The notes beneath the pieces are model-generated. The model was not told the DNA's origin. It searched no databases and saw nothing but the letters and a program-made list of their open reading frames with translations. A DNA stretch of 64,000 nucleotides from Desulfurivibrionaceae bacterium (lineage in GTDB: Bacteria > Desulfobacterota > Desulfobulbia > Desulfobulbales > SURF-16), in NCBI GenBank assembly GCA_046537975.1, contig JBKHJR010000001.1, positions 688-64,687 on the forward strand, read 5' to 3'. The stretch's first letter is position 1; each line of letters starts with the position of its first letter. A program made the position numbers and the translations under genes. Below are positions 9,661 to 18,918 of the stretch, piece after piece.

Positions 9661-10458
9661 TTAACCGGCTTTGCCAATTGTTATATCCCCGGAGATAACC
9701 TCATGCATTTTCCCCCGGTTATCCCTGATCCAAAGTAATCCTTCCTCATCTATCCCCTGCGAGAGGCCGTGGACCGTTTCCCCTTCCGTGGTAAGCCAGG
9801 TCAGATACTTACCCCTGCTGGCATCGTGGTTCCGCCATTCTTTGAGGATGTCTGTAAATCCGTATCGTTCCGCCTGGTTCAGAAGGGCGTCAATCTGGTT
9901 GAGGATACTCTCCAGTAACTTCCCTCTGGCCAGGGGGCTGCCGTATGCTGCCTGAATAGTGCCCAATCTGTCGGCAAGCTCGGCAGGTACATTATGCTCG
10001 CACTGGTTTACGTTGATGCCGATGCCCATAATGACAAGACTGGCGGTATCCTGCCGGGGTATAGTTTCAGTCAGGATGCCGGCGACCTTTCTGCCTTCCA
10101 GTAACAAATCGTTGGGCCATTTCAAGGCGGGGTTTTCCACATAACCCCTGATTGCCCGACAGAGAGCCACACCTGTAGCCAGGCTGATTTTGGGAAGATC
10201 GGTGGTAGATATTCCGGGAGAAAGAATGAGGGAGAAGTAAAGCCCTGAACCGGCAGGGGAGTGCCAGGAGCGGCCCAGCCTGCCCCGGCCTTTACTCTGG
10301 GTTTCGGCGACAAAGACCGTACCTGATTCCGCCCCTTTCCGGGCTTCTTCCCGGGCCCTGGCATTCGTGGAGTCGGTTTCCTGAAAATACCGGACCGGAT
10401 GGCCGGCTATCCGGTTATTTTTTTTCATTTCCTCCCATACGGGATCCCGGGGTTTCAT
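9661..10458 (-). CDS. birA: biotin--[acetyl-CoA-carboxylase] ligase (class I, no N-terminal HTH)
   Basis: The GRGRLGRSWHSPAGSGLYFSLIL biotin-binding loop is present. The 265-aa length implies no repressor domain. Confidence 0.85.
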   Translation of the reverse strand: MKPRDPVWEEMKKNNRIAGHPVRYFQETDSTNARAREEARKGAESGTVFVAETQSKGRGRLGRSWHSPAGSGLYFSLILSPGISTTDLPKISLATGVALCRAIRGYVENPALKWPNDLLLEGRKVAGILTETIPRQDTASLVIMGIGINVNQCEHNVPAELADRLGTIQAAYGSPLARGKLLESILNQIDALLNQAERYGFTDILKEWRNHDASRGKYLTWLTTEGETVHGLSQGIDEEGLLWIRDNRGKMHEVISGDITIGKAG

Positions 10459-10710
10459 TATGTCTTTTCTCAGGTCCTGCTATCTGTTAATCTATCAGTA
10501 ATCTCAGGCGCTAAAGATTAATCTCGTTTTGCGGTAATAAGTTTGAGGGGATTGGTTGGAATTTATCCGGCACGGTAGGCCCTTATATGAGATTACCTCT
10601 CGAGGTTACGTGAGCCGGTTGATGATGTCAATAAAAAACTACGTGTTTTTTTATGAGTAAAAGGCGGAAATATAATCTCAAATCAGGAATTCCGGTTTAA
10701 GGGGGGGAAG

Positions 10711-10989
10711 ATGGCTGAAAAAAGTTTACATGCTGTGGTAAGCGGCAGAGTACAGGGGGTTTTCTTCCGGGACTATACCAGGTCGGAAGCCGAGAGGCTG
10801 GGAGTTTCCGGATGGGTACGTAATAGAAGTGATGGTTCGGTGGAGGTGCTTATTTCCGGTGAGGAGCACAAGGTGGATCAGATGGTGGAATGGCTTTACC
10901 AGGGGTCGCCTATGTCCAAGGTCAGCAGTGTGGAGATTGATGCTGTTGAAAACCCTGGGGAGCTGAGAGGTTTTGAGATCAGGTATTGA
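10711..10989 (+). CDS. acyP: acylphosphatase
   Basis: VSGRVQGVFFRDYTRSEAERLGVSGWVRNRSDGSVEV is the acylphosphatase signature; 92 aa. Confidence 0.9.
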   Translation: MAEKSLHAVVSGRVQGVFFRDYTRSEAERLGVSGWVRNRSDGSVEVLISGEEHKVDQMVEWLYQGSPMSKVSSVEIDAVENPGELRGFEIRY

Positions 10990-11110
10990 AGTGGCCATGC
11001 AATTAAAGCTGTGATTCTCTTGAGTGTCTTGGTGACCCGGAGCAGAATCATACTTAAGTAAAACGATAGCTGAAACTTAGTGGTGGACCTATAGGGTCCC
11101 GGATCTATTC

Positions 11111-11872
11111 ATGACTCGAATTATAACTGATAATGACCGGTTGCGGAGGGAATGGGAAGAGCTTGAAGCCGGCGACATAATAGTGGGAAGAATTCGCCTA
11201 AAGGAAAGTGAGGAGCATTTATTGCTCGACTTAAAGGAAAGAGGCCTGATCCTCTGTCCCTCAGCACTTTCCCAGGCAGTTAGCAGATCCAAGGTCCTGC
11301 AGTCCCATATATATGAGGCTTATATGCTGCCTTATACTGTTCCTGTTCATGATCGCCACGGTCTTTTAGAAGTGCTTAATAACTATCATGAGGCGGAGAT
11401 TAAGCAGGTGGTGAGCAAGCTTGATCGGAAAAACGCCGGCCTGGGTATTAATCTCTGGCCTTCCATGGAAGATCTATATAACCAGGCCAGCTTGGGAGGA
11501 TTGCCTTATCCTTTTGTTGTTCAACCCTTTATGGAGGGGATTCGGGATATCCGGGTGGTGGTGTTGGGAGAATATGTAGAAGCTTATTACAGGGATAATA
11601 GCCGTAATTTCCGTAATAATCTCCATTGTGGAGGCAGTTTCAGGGCCTGTACCCTTTCAGACGAACAGTGGCAGATCTGCCGCCGGGTGATGAAGCGCGG
11701 GGATTTTCCTTATGCCCATATTGATTTAATGGTGACCCCGGAAGGGGCAACTTATTTTACGGAAATTAACCTGCGGGGGGGGATCAAAGGTGCGGTGATT
11801 ACCGCCCCGGAATACCAGGAGCGGGTCAGTAGAATTCATAATGATTTCATAAAAAAAGAGAAAACAGCCTGA
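11111..11872 (+). CDS. ATP-grasp domain protein (RimK-like ligase family)
   Basis: The C-terminal half DIRVVVLGEYVEAYYRDNSRNFRNNLHCGGSFRACTL...YAHIDLMVTPEGATYFTEINLRGG follows the RimK/ATP-grasp catalytic pattern. Confidence 0.65.
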   Translation: MTRIITDNDRLRREWEELEAGDIIVGRIRLKESEEHLLLDLKERGLILCPSALSQAVSRSKVLQSHIYEAYMLPYTVPVHDRHGLLEVLNNYHEAEIKQVVSKLDRKNAGLGINLWPSMEDLYNQASLGGLPYPFVVQPFMEGIRDIRVVVLGEYVEAYYRDNSRNFRNNLHCGGSFRACTLSDEQWQICRRVMKRGDFPYAHIDLMVTPEGATYFTEINLRGGIKGAVITAPEYQERVSRIHNDFIKKEKTA

Positions 11873-11884
11873 GCTGTTTTCTCT
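11857..11884. terminator. bidirectional hairpin terminator between the convergent ATP-grasp gene and dsrC
   Basis: Perfect 12-bp stem agagaaaacagc / gctgttttctct with a 4-nt loop ctga that contains the ATP-grasp stop codon. An A-run lies on one side and T-rich sequence on the other. Confidence 0.6.
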
Positions 11885-11917
11885 TTAAAGTTCGAAAAAA
11901 GACGTGGGGAACAGTCC

Positions 11918-12238
11918 TTAGACGCAGCCAGTAGGCTTGGGCAGACCGGCCATCTTGCAAGCTCCCTTGCCGGGGCCTGAAGGGAAAAGCTCGTAAATCT
12001 TTTTTAATGGAAAGCCTGTGGTTTTGGAGAGAATCCGGACCATGGGAGCGATTCCGTTTTTCTTGAAATACTCCTGGAGAGAGTTGATAACTTTCCAGTG
12101 TTCATCGGTTAATTCGTCAATGCCCTCACTGTTTTTTACATAATCTATCCAGTTTTCATCCCATTCTTCCATGCCCTTGGTCAGGAAGCCGTCTTCATCT
12201 ACATCGTAGGTATGTCCGTTGTGTTCGACTGTAGCCAT
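11918..12238 (-). CDS. dsrC: DsrC (dissimilatory sulfite reductase gamma subunit / TusE family) with both conserved C-terminal cysteines
   Basis: ATVEHNGHTYDVDEDGFL...WDENW...LTDEHWKVINSLQEYFKKNGIAPMVRIL, with the C-terminus GACKMAGLPKPTGCV (Cys at -2 and 10 residues upstream). I chose the start at 12238 because AAGGAGG lies 6 nt upstream. Confidence 0.9.
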   Translation of the reverse strand: MATVEHNGHTYDVDEDGFLTKGMEEWDENWIDYVKNSEGIDELTDEHWKVINSLQEYFKKNGIAPMVRILSKTTGFPLKKIYELFPSGPGKGACKMAGLPKPTGCV

Positions 12239-12383
12239 TCTGTCCTCCTTTAAAGCTTGATTATAGACCACACTTTTTAAGAAAATTATATCCTTTAAAA
12301 CTTTATCTTTTAATCTATAGTCGATTCTTTGTCAAGATCGCAATGTCCATTATTTAAATAAAATGGCCGCACCAAAAAACAGT

Positions 12384-14069
12384 CTAAAACCTGGAGGCCA
12401 GATTGAGTTCGGAGGCATACTCCATAATCCCTTTGCTTATCTGGCCGGCCAGTATCTGCTGGTAGTTCTGATTAGAGAGTCTTTTTTCTTCCTGCAGATT
12501 GCTCATAAAGCCGGTTTCCAGGAGAACGGCCGGCATTCTTGCTCCAAGCAGGACAATAAAAGGGGCTTTCCTGACTCCGAGATCATTTATGTTGTAGCTT
12601 TCTCTCAATCCTTCCAGGAACTGCTGGTGCATGATATTGGCCAGACGGCGTGATTCTTCCTTTTTGTTCTTTTTTACAAGATCATCTAAAATCCTCTGCA
12701 GGTCACTGATCTGGCTGGCGGAAGAGGCATTTTCCCGGGCCGCCGCTCTCCTTTCTTCGCGGTTGGTGGCCATATTCAGATAATAGGTCTCTATTCCTTG
12801 AAGTTCGGGGTCAGGGGCTGAGTTGGCATGGATGGAGATAAATAGATCCGCCTTATGGGTATTGGCCAGAGCCGTACGCTCTTCCAGGGGGATAAAGACG
12901 TCTTCTTTCCTGGTAAGAATAACCTTGTATCCCTTTTTTTTATTCAGAATGTTTGCTGTTTTTTTGGCAATCTCTAAGGTAAGATCCTTTTCCATTTTTC
13001 CTGATGGACTTATTGCTCCCGGATCTTTACCCCCGTGTCCGGGATCCAGGATAATGGTTCTGATCCCGAGGCCGAACTGTTCTGCCAGGCTTATATCCTG
13101 ATCCGGCGGCCCGTTGGGCAAGGAGGGAGCAGCAGGTTTTGCCCCGTTTACATCTATTACTATCCGGTAGGGATCATTGAGCTCGAATATTTTGTAATCC
13201 TCCAGGGATTCGGTATCAAGGACTACTCTGACAGTGTCCCGGTTGAACTGCCCTGTTCTTATCCGTTTCAGCAGCCCGTCGTCGACTGGAGTTGTGTTTT
13301 TGATATCTGAGGCGAGGCTGCAGTCTTTAAGATCAACATATAATCTTTTGGAATGTTTTTCATTCTCCGGAAGCAGGACATCCCGGTAGTCGACTTGATC
13401 TGAGGTCCTGATAACAATCCGGGTATAGTCAGGATTGGACCAGTAGCGGACAGGATTGGTTAACCAGGCCCGGTCCCTGTTTTTCCCCGGGCTGCTTCGG
13501 GCCTCGATGGTTTTTATCGCCGGGCTTTCCCGGAGTTTATCAGCAGCGGCTTCATACATGTCTCCTTCAGGATATTGTTTGATAATCCTGGAGAGATACT
13601 TTCTGGCTTCATTTTTTTTGTTCTGATCAAGTTTTAATTCGGCTATCCTGAATAAGGCGTCGTCAGCCAGCCTGCTGTCGGGAAAAATTACCTGCAGATC
13701 TTCATAGTAGGCCACTGCCTCCTGCAGATCGCGAATTTTTTGGAAGCGATAAAACATCTCTTCATATATCCGGGCCAAGCGGTAGAGACAGGCTTTCCCT
13801 TTTTCATGAGTTGGCCGCTCGTGATAGATTTCTTTGAATTTATCGGCAGAGGCCAGCCAGGCGGTTCTATTTTGGCAGCGTTCGTTGTCAAAACCCACAC
13901 TGTTATAGTAGGCGCAGGCCAGGCTGTAGCGTTTGCTGATCGGGTCAAGGTTATTACCTTCTCCTGTAGAAGGGGAGCAACACAAAAGCATCAAGATAAG
14001 AAGATACAGGGTGAACTTATTCCCTGTACTTTTTGACGACACCGGGTTGTTTTTATCTGAGTTTGTCAT
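12384..14069 (-). CDS. N-acetylmuramoyl-L-alanine amidase (AmiC-like) with N-terminal TPR/YbgF-like region and AMIN domain
   Basis: Amidase_3 core (IILDPGHGGKDPGA...ANTHKADLFISIHANS...LLETGFMSN). Upstream of it is an AMIN-like segment (YTRIVIRTSDQVDY...LYVDLKDC) and TPR-like helices, preceded by an N-terminal signal. Confidence 0.85.
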   Translation of the reverse strand: MTNSDKNNPVSSKSTGNKFTLYLLILMLLCCSPSTGEGNNLDPISKRYSLACAYYNSVGFDNERCQNRTAWLASADKFKEIYHERPTHEKGKACLYRLARIYEEMFYRFQKIRDLQEAVAYYEDLQVIFPDSRLADDALFRIAELKLDQNKKNEARKYLSRIIKQYPEGDMYEAAADKLRESPAIKTIEARSSPGKNRDRAWLTNPVRYWSNPDYTRIVIRTSDQVDYRDVLLPENEKHSKRLYVDLKDCSLASDIKNTTPVDDGLLKRIRTGQFNRDTVRVVLDTESLEDYKIFELNDPYRIVIDVNGAKPAAPSLPNGPPDQDISLAEQFGLGIRTIILDPGHGGKDPGAISPSGKMEKDLTLEIAKKTANILNKKKGYKVILTRKEDVFIPLEERTALANTHKADLFISIHANSAPDPELQGIETYYLNMATNREERRAAARENASSASQISDLQRILDDLVKKNKKEESRRLANIMHQQFLEGLRESYNINDLGVRKAPFIVLLGARMPAVLLETGFMSNLQEEKRLSNQNYQQILAGQISKGIMEYASELNLASRF

Positions 14070-14121
14070 GATCGACAGAATGGAATTCAGGACCGAGCGG
14101 TAATTTTTTAATAAGGAACTT

Positions 14122-16824
14122 TCATAACCGGTCTTTTAATTTATACAAAATATCCAGGGCATCACGGGGTGTCATGTTGTCAGGCTCCAGGTTTGCCACT
14201 TCCTCCCTTAATGGGTCCCGGGGTTCCTGGAAAAGCCTGCCCTGTTCGCTCTGTTTTTTGCGGTTTTTCCCCGAGCTCCTGGCGATTCTGGGCAGCTCCT
14301 GGGAGCTGTACTCCTCTTGCTGAATGTGGGTCAGCAATTCCTCAGCCCGCCGGACCACGTGTTTGGGGACCCCGGCCAGGGCTGCTACTTCTATACCATA
14401 GCTGCGATCAGTTCCTCCGGCAAGTAATTTGTGTAAAAAAATTATGGAGTTGTTCCATTCTTTCACTCCTATATGGTAGTTTTTTATCCGGTCATATATA
14501 GCGGCCAGCTCAGTTAACTCATGGTAATGAGTGGCAAAAATGGTCTTTACGCCTATGTCGTTTTTATTGACCAGCTCTTCGCTCACTGCCCAGGCAATAG
14601 CCAGCCCGTCAAAGGTGCTGGTGCCCCGGCCGATTTCGTCAAGAATTACCAGGCTCTGGTCAGTGGCGTTGTTGAGAATATTGGCGGTTTCATTCATCTC
14701 CACCATGAAGGTCGACTGTCCCCGCCGCAGGTCATCCATGGCGCCTACTCTGGTGAAGATCTTGTCCACTACCCCCACTCTGGCCTTGGTGGCGGGGACA
14801 AAAGAACCCATCTGGGCCATCAGGGTTATGAGGGCGCTTTGCCTGAGAACGGTGGACTTGCCCGCCATGTTTGGGCCGGTAATAATCAGTACTTCCTGGC
14901 TGTCTTGATCCAGGTGGACGTCATTGGGGACGAATTTACCCGGCGGCAGGGCCTTTTCAATAACAGGGTGTCTGCCTTCTTTTATAGAGATTTTCTGCTC
15001 CCCGTCAACCCGGGGCCGGACATAGTTGTAATTCAGGGCTGTTTCAGCCAGGGAGGTGTAGTAATCGGCCCGGGCGATAAAGGAAGCGGCCCGGAGGATC
15101 CGGGAACTCGAGGCAGCAACCCGGGAGCGGATTTCGCTGAAGATGCGGTATTCCAGGGCCAGACTCTTTTCTTCGGCACTAAGGACCTTCTGCTCAAACT
15201 CTTTGAGCTCCGGGGTAATGTAGCGTTCGGCGTTCACCAGGGTCTGCTTCCGGATGAAATCTTCCGGGACGTTAGCCACTTGGGCCTTGCTGACTTCCAG
15301 GTAGTAGCCGAAGACCTTGTTGAATCCTATTTTGAGCTTGGGGATACCTGTTCGTTCTTTTTCCCTGGCTTCCATGGCCAGGATGTGCTTTTTAGTGTCG
15401 TTGACGATGGAAACCAGTTCGTCTAATTCCTCCTTGTAACCGGGCTTGATGAGACCTCCTTCCTTGATTCCCATGGGGGCGTCTTCCCGGATTGTTTCCT
15501 CCAGCAGGGTATGAATGTCTTCCAGGGTATCCAGTTCACGGCTGCCTTCCGCCAGCAGGCCCGTGCTTATTGAACAGAGCCTGGCCAGGCGGGGGAGGGG
15601 GGCGAGTGATTTTTTCAGGGCCAGGAGATCCCGGCCGCCGGCACTACCCAGAACAACTCTGCTGTTGAGTCGTTCCAGGTCATAGATCTCTGCGAGGAGC
15701 TTTCTGAGTTCTGCTCTGATGGATTTATCCCTCCCTTCCCCCGGGATCTCTCCGATCTCCTGGTTCCGTGGTTCGGTCAGGGAGGGTTGTTTTGCTCGTT
15801 GGTCGCTGTAAAAGAACTCGACAGTGTCTAATCTGTGGTTGATTTCTTCCGGTGAACGGGAGGGAAAGAGAAGGTTGCGTTTGAGAAGGCGGGCTCCCAT
15901 GGGGGTTACCGTGTGATCCAGGGTGTGCAGCAGCGAACCCTCCCTGCCCCCACCCACAATGGTCTGGGTTAGTTCCAGGTTGCGGCGGGATGAGTCGTCG
16001 ATGATCAGGGCATCTTCTTTGCTGATCGGGGTCAGGCGCTCGATGTGATCAAGACCGGCTTTCTGGGTTTCCCTGAGGTAGTTCAGCAGAGCTCCGGCAG
16101 CACTTATGCCTGCTTCTAAATTTTCGCAACCGAAGCCTTTGAGATTGGTAACCTGGAAGTGTTCCAGCATGGTTTCCCGGGCGTTTTCCCGGGAAAACCA
16201 GAAAGAGGGGCGGCTGGTCAGACAGGGGATCTCCAGTTGTCCGGTTATGGAGTCATGGTTTTCATCTTCGGAGATCAGAAGCTCGGCAGGGGTCATGCGC
16301 TGCAGTTCATCAATCAGGTCTTCCCGGCTTTCGTGTTCGCTGATCAGAAATTCTCCAGTGGATATGTCCAGAAAGCTGGCCCCCCATTTCGCCCCGCAAA
16401 ATATACTGGCCAGGAACTGGTTGGTCTTATCATCCAGGATCTGTTCTTCGGTAACCACTCCGGGACTGACAACTCTGACCACCTCACGTTTTACCACTCC
16501 TTTGGCCTGAGCTGGGTCCTCAACCTGCTCGCAAATGGCCACCCGGTAGCCGGCCTTGATCAGTTTGGCCAGATAAGTGGACACCGAATGATAAGGGACG
16601 CCGCAGAGCGGTACACGGTTTTCTTCGTTCTTGTTGTCCCTGCTGGTCAGGGTAATGCCCAGAATGCGGGAGGCGGTGACTGCATCCTCGAAAAACATCT
16701 CATAAAAGTCACCGAGGCGGTAGAATAAAATAGCGTCCTGGTATTGCTCCTTGATGGACATATACTGACGGAGCATGGGGGTGAGTTGTTTATCTTTACT
16801 GGCACTCATTGGTTCAGGGTTCAA
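14122..16824 (-). CDS. mutS: DNA mismatch repair protein MutS
   Basis: 900 aa. N-terminus TPMLRQYMSIKEQYQDAILFYRLGDFYEMFFEDA, Walker A GPNMAGKST, and STFMVEM/DEIGRGTST motifs. Confidence 0.95.
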   Translation of the reverse strand: MNPEPMSASKDKQLTPMLRQYMSIKEQYQDAILFYRLGDFYEMFFEDAVTASRILGITLTSRDNKNEENRVPLCGVPYHSVSTYLAKLIKAGYRVAICEQVEDPAQAKGVVKREVVRVVSPGVVTEEQILDDKTNQFLASIFCGAKWGASFLDISTGEFLISEHESREDLIDELQRMTPAELLISEDENHDSITGQLEIPCLTSRPSFWFSRENARETMLEHFQVTNLKGFGCENLEAGISAAGALLNYLRETQKAGLDHIERLTPISKEDALIIDDSSRRNLELTQTIVGGGREGSLLHTLDHTVTPMGARLLKRNLLFPSRSPEEINHRLDTVEFFYSDQRAKQPSLTEPRNQEIGEIPGEGRDKSIRAELRKLLAEIYDLERLNSRVVLGSAGGRDLLALKKSLAPLPRLARLCSISTGLLAEGSRELDTLEDIHTLLEETIREDAPMGIKEGGLIKPGYKEELDELVSIVNDTKKHILAMEAREKERTGIPKLKIGFNKVFGYYLEVSKAQVANVPEDFIRKQTLVNAERYITPELKEFEQKVLSAEEKSLALEYRIFSEIRSRVAASSSRILRAASFIARADYYTSLAETALNYNYVRPRVDGEQKISIKEGRHPVIEKALPPGKFVPNDVHLDQDSQEVLIITGPNMAGKSTVLRQSALITLMAQMGSFVPATKARVGVVDKIFTRVGAMDDLRRGQSTFMVEMNETANILNNATDQSLVILDEIGRGTSTFDGLAIAWAVSEELVNKNDIGVKTIFATHYHELTELAAIYDRIKNYHIGVKEWNNSIIFLHKLLAGGTDRSYGIEVAALAGVPKHVVRRAEELLTHIQQEEYSSQELPRIARSSGKNRKKQSEQGRLFQEPRDPLREEVANLEPDNMTPRDALDILYKLKDRL

Positions 16825-16865
16825 GGTGTAAGATTCAAGGCGCAGGTAATTAACCCCTCACTTCT

Positions 16866-17174
16866 TCACTGTATTACCCCCGGCGCCTTTTGGTTGAGTA
16901 TTCTCTCCGCCTCTTCCATGCTCAGGTCTTCGATCCGGCAGATCTTATGTCTGCTCTGTTTGCCTTTAATCAGGGAGACGGATGTCTTGCTCACCCGGAA
17001 GAAGCTGGCCAGGAAGGTCAGCAAGGCCTTGTTTGCTTTACCGTTGACAGGCGGGGCGGTAAGGGATAGTTTCAGCTCCTGGCCGTGGATGCCGCTGAAT
17101 TTGCTGACTGAAGCCCTGGTCTGGATATAGAGGTAGAGAATTAAAGCTGAGTCTTGTTCCTGCAGAAAGGGCAT
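16866..17174 (-). CDS. DUF167 / YggU family protein
   Basis: LKLSLTAPPVNGKANKALLTFLASFFRVSKTSVSLIKGKQSRHK matches the YggU (UPF0235) signature. Confidence 0.8.
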   Translation of the reverse strand: MPFLQEQDSALILYLYIQTRASVSKFSGIHGQELKLSLTAPPVNGKANKALLTFLASFFRVSKTSVSLIKGKQSRHKICRIEDLSMEEAERILNQKAPGVIQ

Positions 17175-17180
17175 GCCCAG

Positions 17181-18044
17181 CTATCGATTCCTGTTCCCGC
17201 TTTCTTTTGTATCCTCGGAAGATTCCTCATCTATTATTACTGAAGGTTCAGGTTCGTAATCAATGGGATCCTCCAGGTTTAAGAGCATACTGTCATTGAG
17301 GGACGGATAGTCATTCTGTTCTTCATCTTCTTGGTGGTCCGGGTCCTGGTTCCCGAAAATTCCCTCCTCTCCGGTGTCCGGGCTGTTTTCCCGGTGGCGC
17401 TCGGTTATACCGGGCAGGTCCAGATCATCAGGCAGGTCTATTTTTTCATAAAGGCTGCTTTCTGTTTTTCCGACCCAGTCTTCGCTCTCTTCGGTATTGG
17501 AACTATCAGCCGCCCCCCGGAATTCCGATCCCGGTTTATCACTTCGATCGGTAGAAAAAGCTGCCTGGAGCCGGGAAGGTCCGGTCTGCTCAGGCTCCCG
17601 GTCTCCTTCCTCCTCCAGCAGGTCAAGGTAGGACTGCAGAAATTCCCTTAGTTCTTTTTTTATCCCGGATTTAGTAGTTTTCAGTTCATCGACCTGTTTT
17701 TCCAGGGAGGCCACCTCCTTATAGGCTTCCTCTCTGATCTTTTCTATTTCCTGCTGGGTTTCCTTAAACCTCTTTTCCGCTTCCTTCCGGCTTTTTTCTT
17801 CTATCTCATCAGCTACCTTCTGGGTAGAGAGAATGGCGTTCTGGAAGGTCTTTTCTCTCTCCCTGAAATCGGCCAACTGACGTTCCAGTTCAGCCACCTT
17901 TTCTTCCAGTTCCTGCTTTTCCCTGGTCAGCAGAAGATAGTTTTCTCCCACATTTTCCAGGAACTTGTCTACCTCTTCAACATCAAAGCCGCGGAAACGG
18001 ATATGAAATTGTTGTTTTTGAATATCTTCCGGAGTTAGTTGCAT
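17181..18044 (-). CDS. DivIVA domain-containing protein with acidic C-terminal tail
   Basis: LTPEDIQKQQFHIRFRGFDVEEVDKFLENV is the canonical DivIVA N-terminus. A coiled coil follows, then an Asp/Glu-rich tail. Confidence 0.85.
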   Translation of the reverse strand: MQLTPEDIQKQQFHIRFRGFDVEEVDKFLENVGENYLLLTREKQELEEKVAELERQLADFREREKTFQNAILSTQKVADEIEEKSRKEAEKRFKETQQEIEKIREEAYKEVASLEKQVDELKTTKSGIKKELREFLQSYLDLLEEEGDREPEQTGPSRLQAAFSTDRSDKPGSEFRGAADSSNTEESEDWVGKTESSLYEKIDLPDDLDLPGITERHRENSPDTGEEGIFGNQDPDHQEDEEQNDYPSLNDSMLLNLEDPIDYEPEPSVIIDEESSEDTKESGNRNR

Positions 18045-18062
18045 GTTTGTTCCTCCATAGGA

Positions 18063-18365
18063 TCAGCTCAGGGTATGGGCCAGGCCCCGAAGGGTCGGCA
18101 CCAGAAAACTCTGCAGAAAAAGAATGGCAAAGATAAGGATTATGGGTGAAAAATCTATGCCCCCTGCAGCGGTAAAGGGCAGATAACGCCTTATTCTTGC
18201 CAGTAGAGGTTCGGTGACCTCGTATAAGAATTTGACAATAGGGTTGTAGGGATCCGGGTTTACCCAGGAGATAATGGCCCGGCCCACTATTATCCACATG
18301 TAGGCTCCCAGGATAAAATTGACCAAATTGGCAATGGCAGAGATGAAGTTTCCAAAAACAAACAT
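18063..18365 (-). CDS. yggT: YggT family membrane protein
   Basis: 100 aa and two-TM. IVGRAIISWVNPDPYNPIVKFLYEVTEPLLARIRRYLP is the YggT signature. Synteny with divIVA and yggU supports the call. Confidence 0.85.
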   Translation of the reverse strand: MFVFGNFISAIANLVNFILGAYMWIIVGRAIISWVNPDPYNPIVKFLYEVTEPLLARIRRYLPFTAAGGIDFSPIILIFAILFLQSFLVPTLRGLAHTLS

Positions 18366-18531
18366 TGTATACCTCGTTTCTTTAATAGCTTGAGTCTGCT
18401 GACGCCGGAGTCTTGAATTTTATGAACTTCTGAATAATTATGCAACTAAAATAAAGGAACCCCCGGATTCGGGTAAACAAAAAGAATAGCCTTGAACCGT
18501 ATAGGTTCCCATGATTCCTTTTAATTATCAA

Positions 18532-18852
18532 CTAATCCTCCGAAGACGGCGATTGATGAAAGCTGAAGAGCAGGGTACGTTCTTCCGCTGAGACAGCGGA
18601 TGACCTTTTTTCCCGGGGTTCCGGCCCGATTTGTGATTCATCGGGAAATGAGAACAGGCACATGGCCGAGGCCAGCTTTTTCTTTTTTGATTTCTCCAGG
18701 TTTTGGTCCACAAAAAAGACTCCCCGCCAATGGTCTGCGCTGTCTGTCAGGGTGAAACATTCCACCGGCCAATCGTCAGCCTCCTCTCTCAACTTCTGAA
18801 AGAGTTCCTCGATTGGCCATGTCTTGTTGTTGTATTTTTTCCCATTTATCAC
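18532..18852 (-). CDS. hypothetical protein (no recognisable family)
   Basis: 106-aa ORF in the 550-nt gap between metG and yggT, on the same strand. Only the first ~55 aa look globular; the remainder is low complexity. Coding status is uncertain. Confidence 0.35.
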   Translation of the reverse strand: MINGKKYNNKTWPIEELFQKLREEADDWPVECFTLTDSADHWRGVFFVDQNLEKSKKKKLASAMCLFSFPDESQIGPEPREKRSSAVSAEERTLLFSFHQSPSSED

Positions 18853-18918
18853 TTCTTACTACGACTCCGGATGAGAAGCAAAACAGTTGACCATATCTGT
18901 CTGTTTCCCTGCTTCGTT

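Noticed and set aside
14521-15426. 301-aa plus-strand ORF (plus 16106-16728 ORFs) inside mutS
   Set aside because: They are antisense shadows of mutS and contain no motifs.
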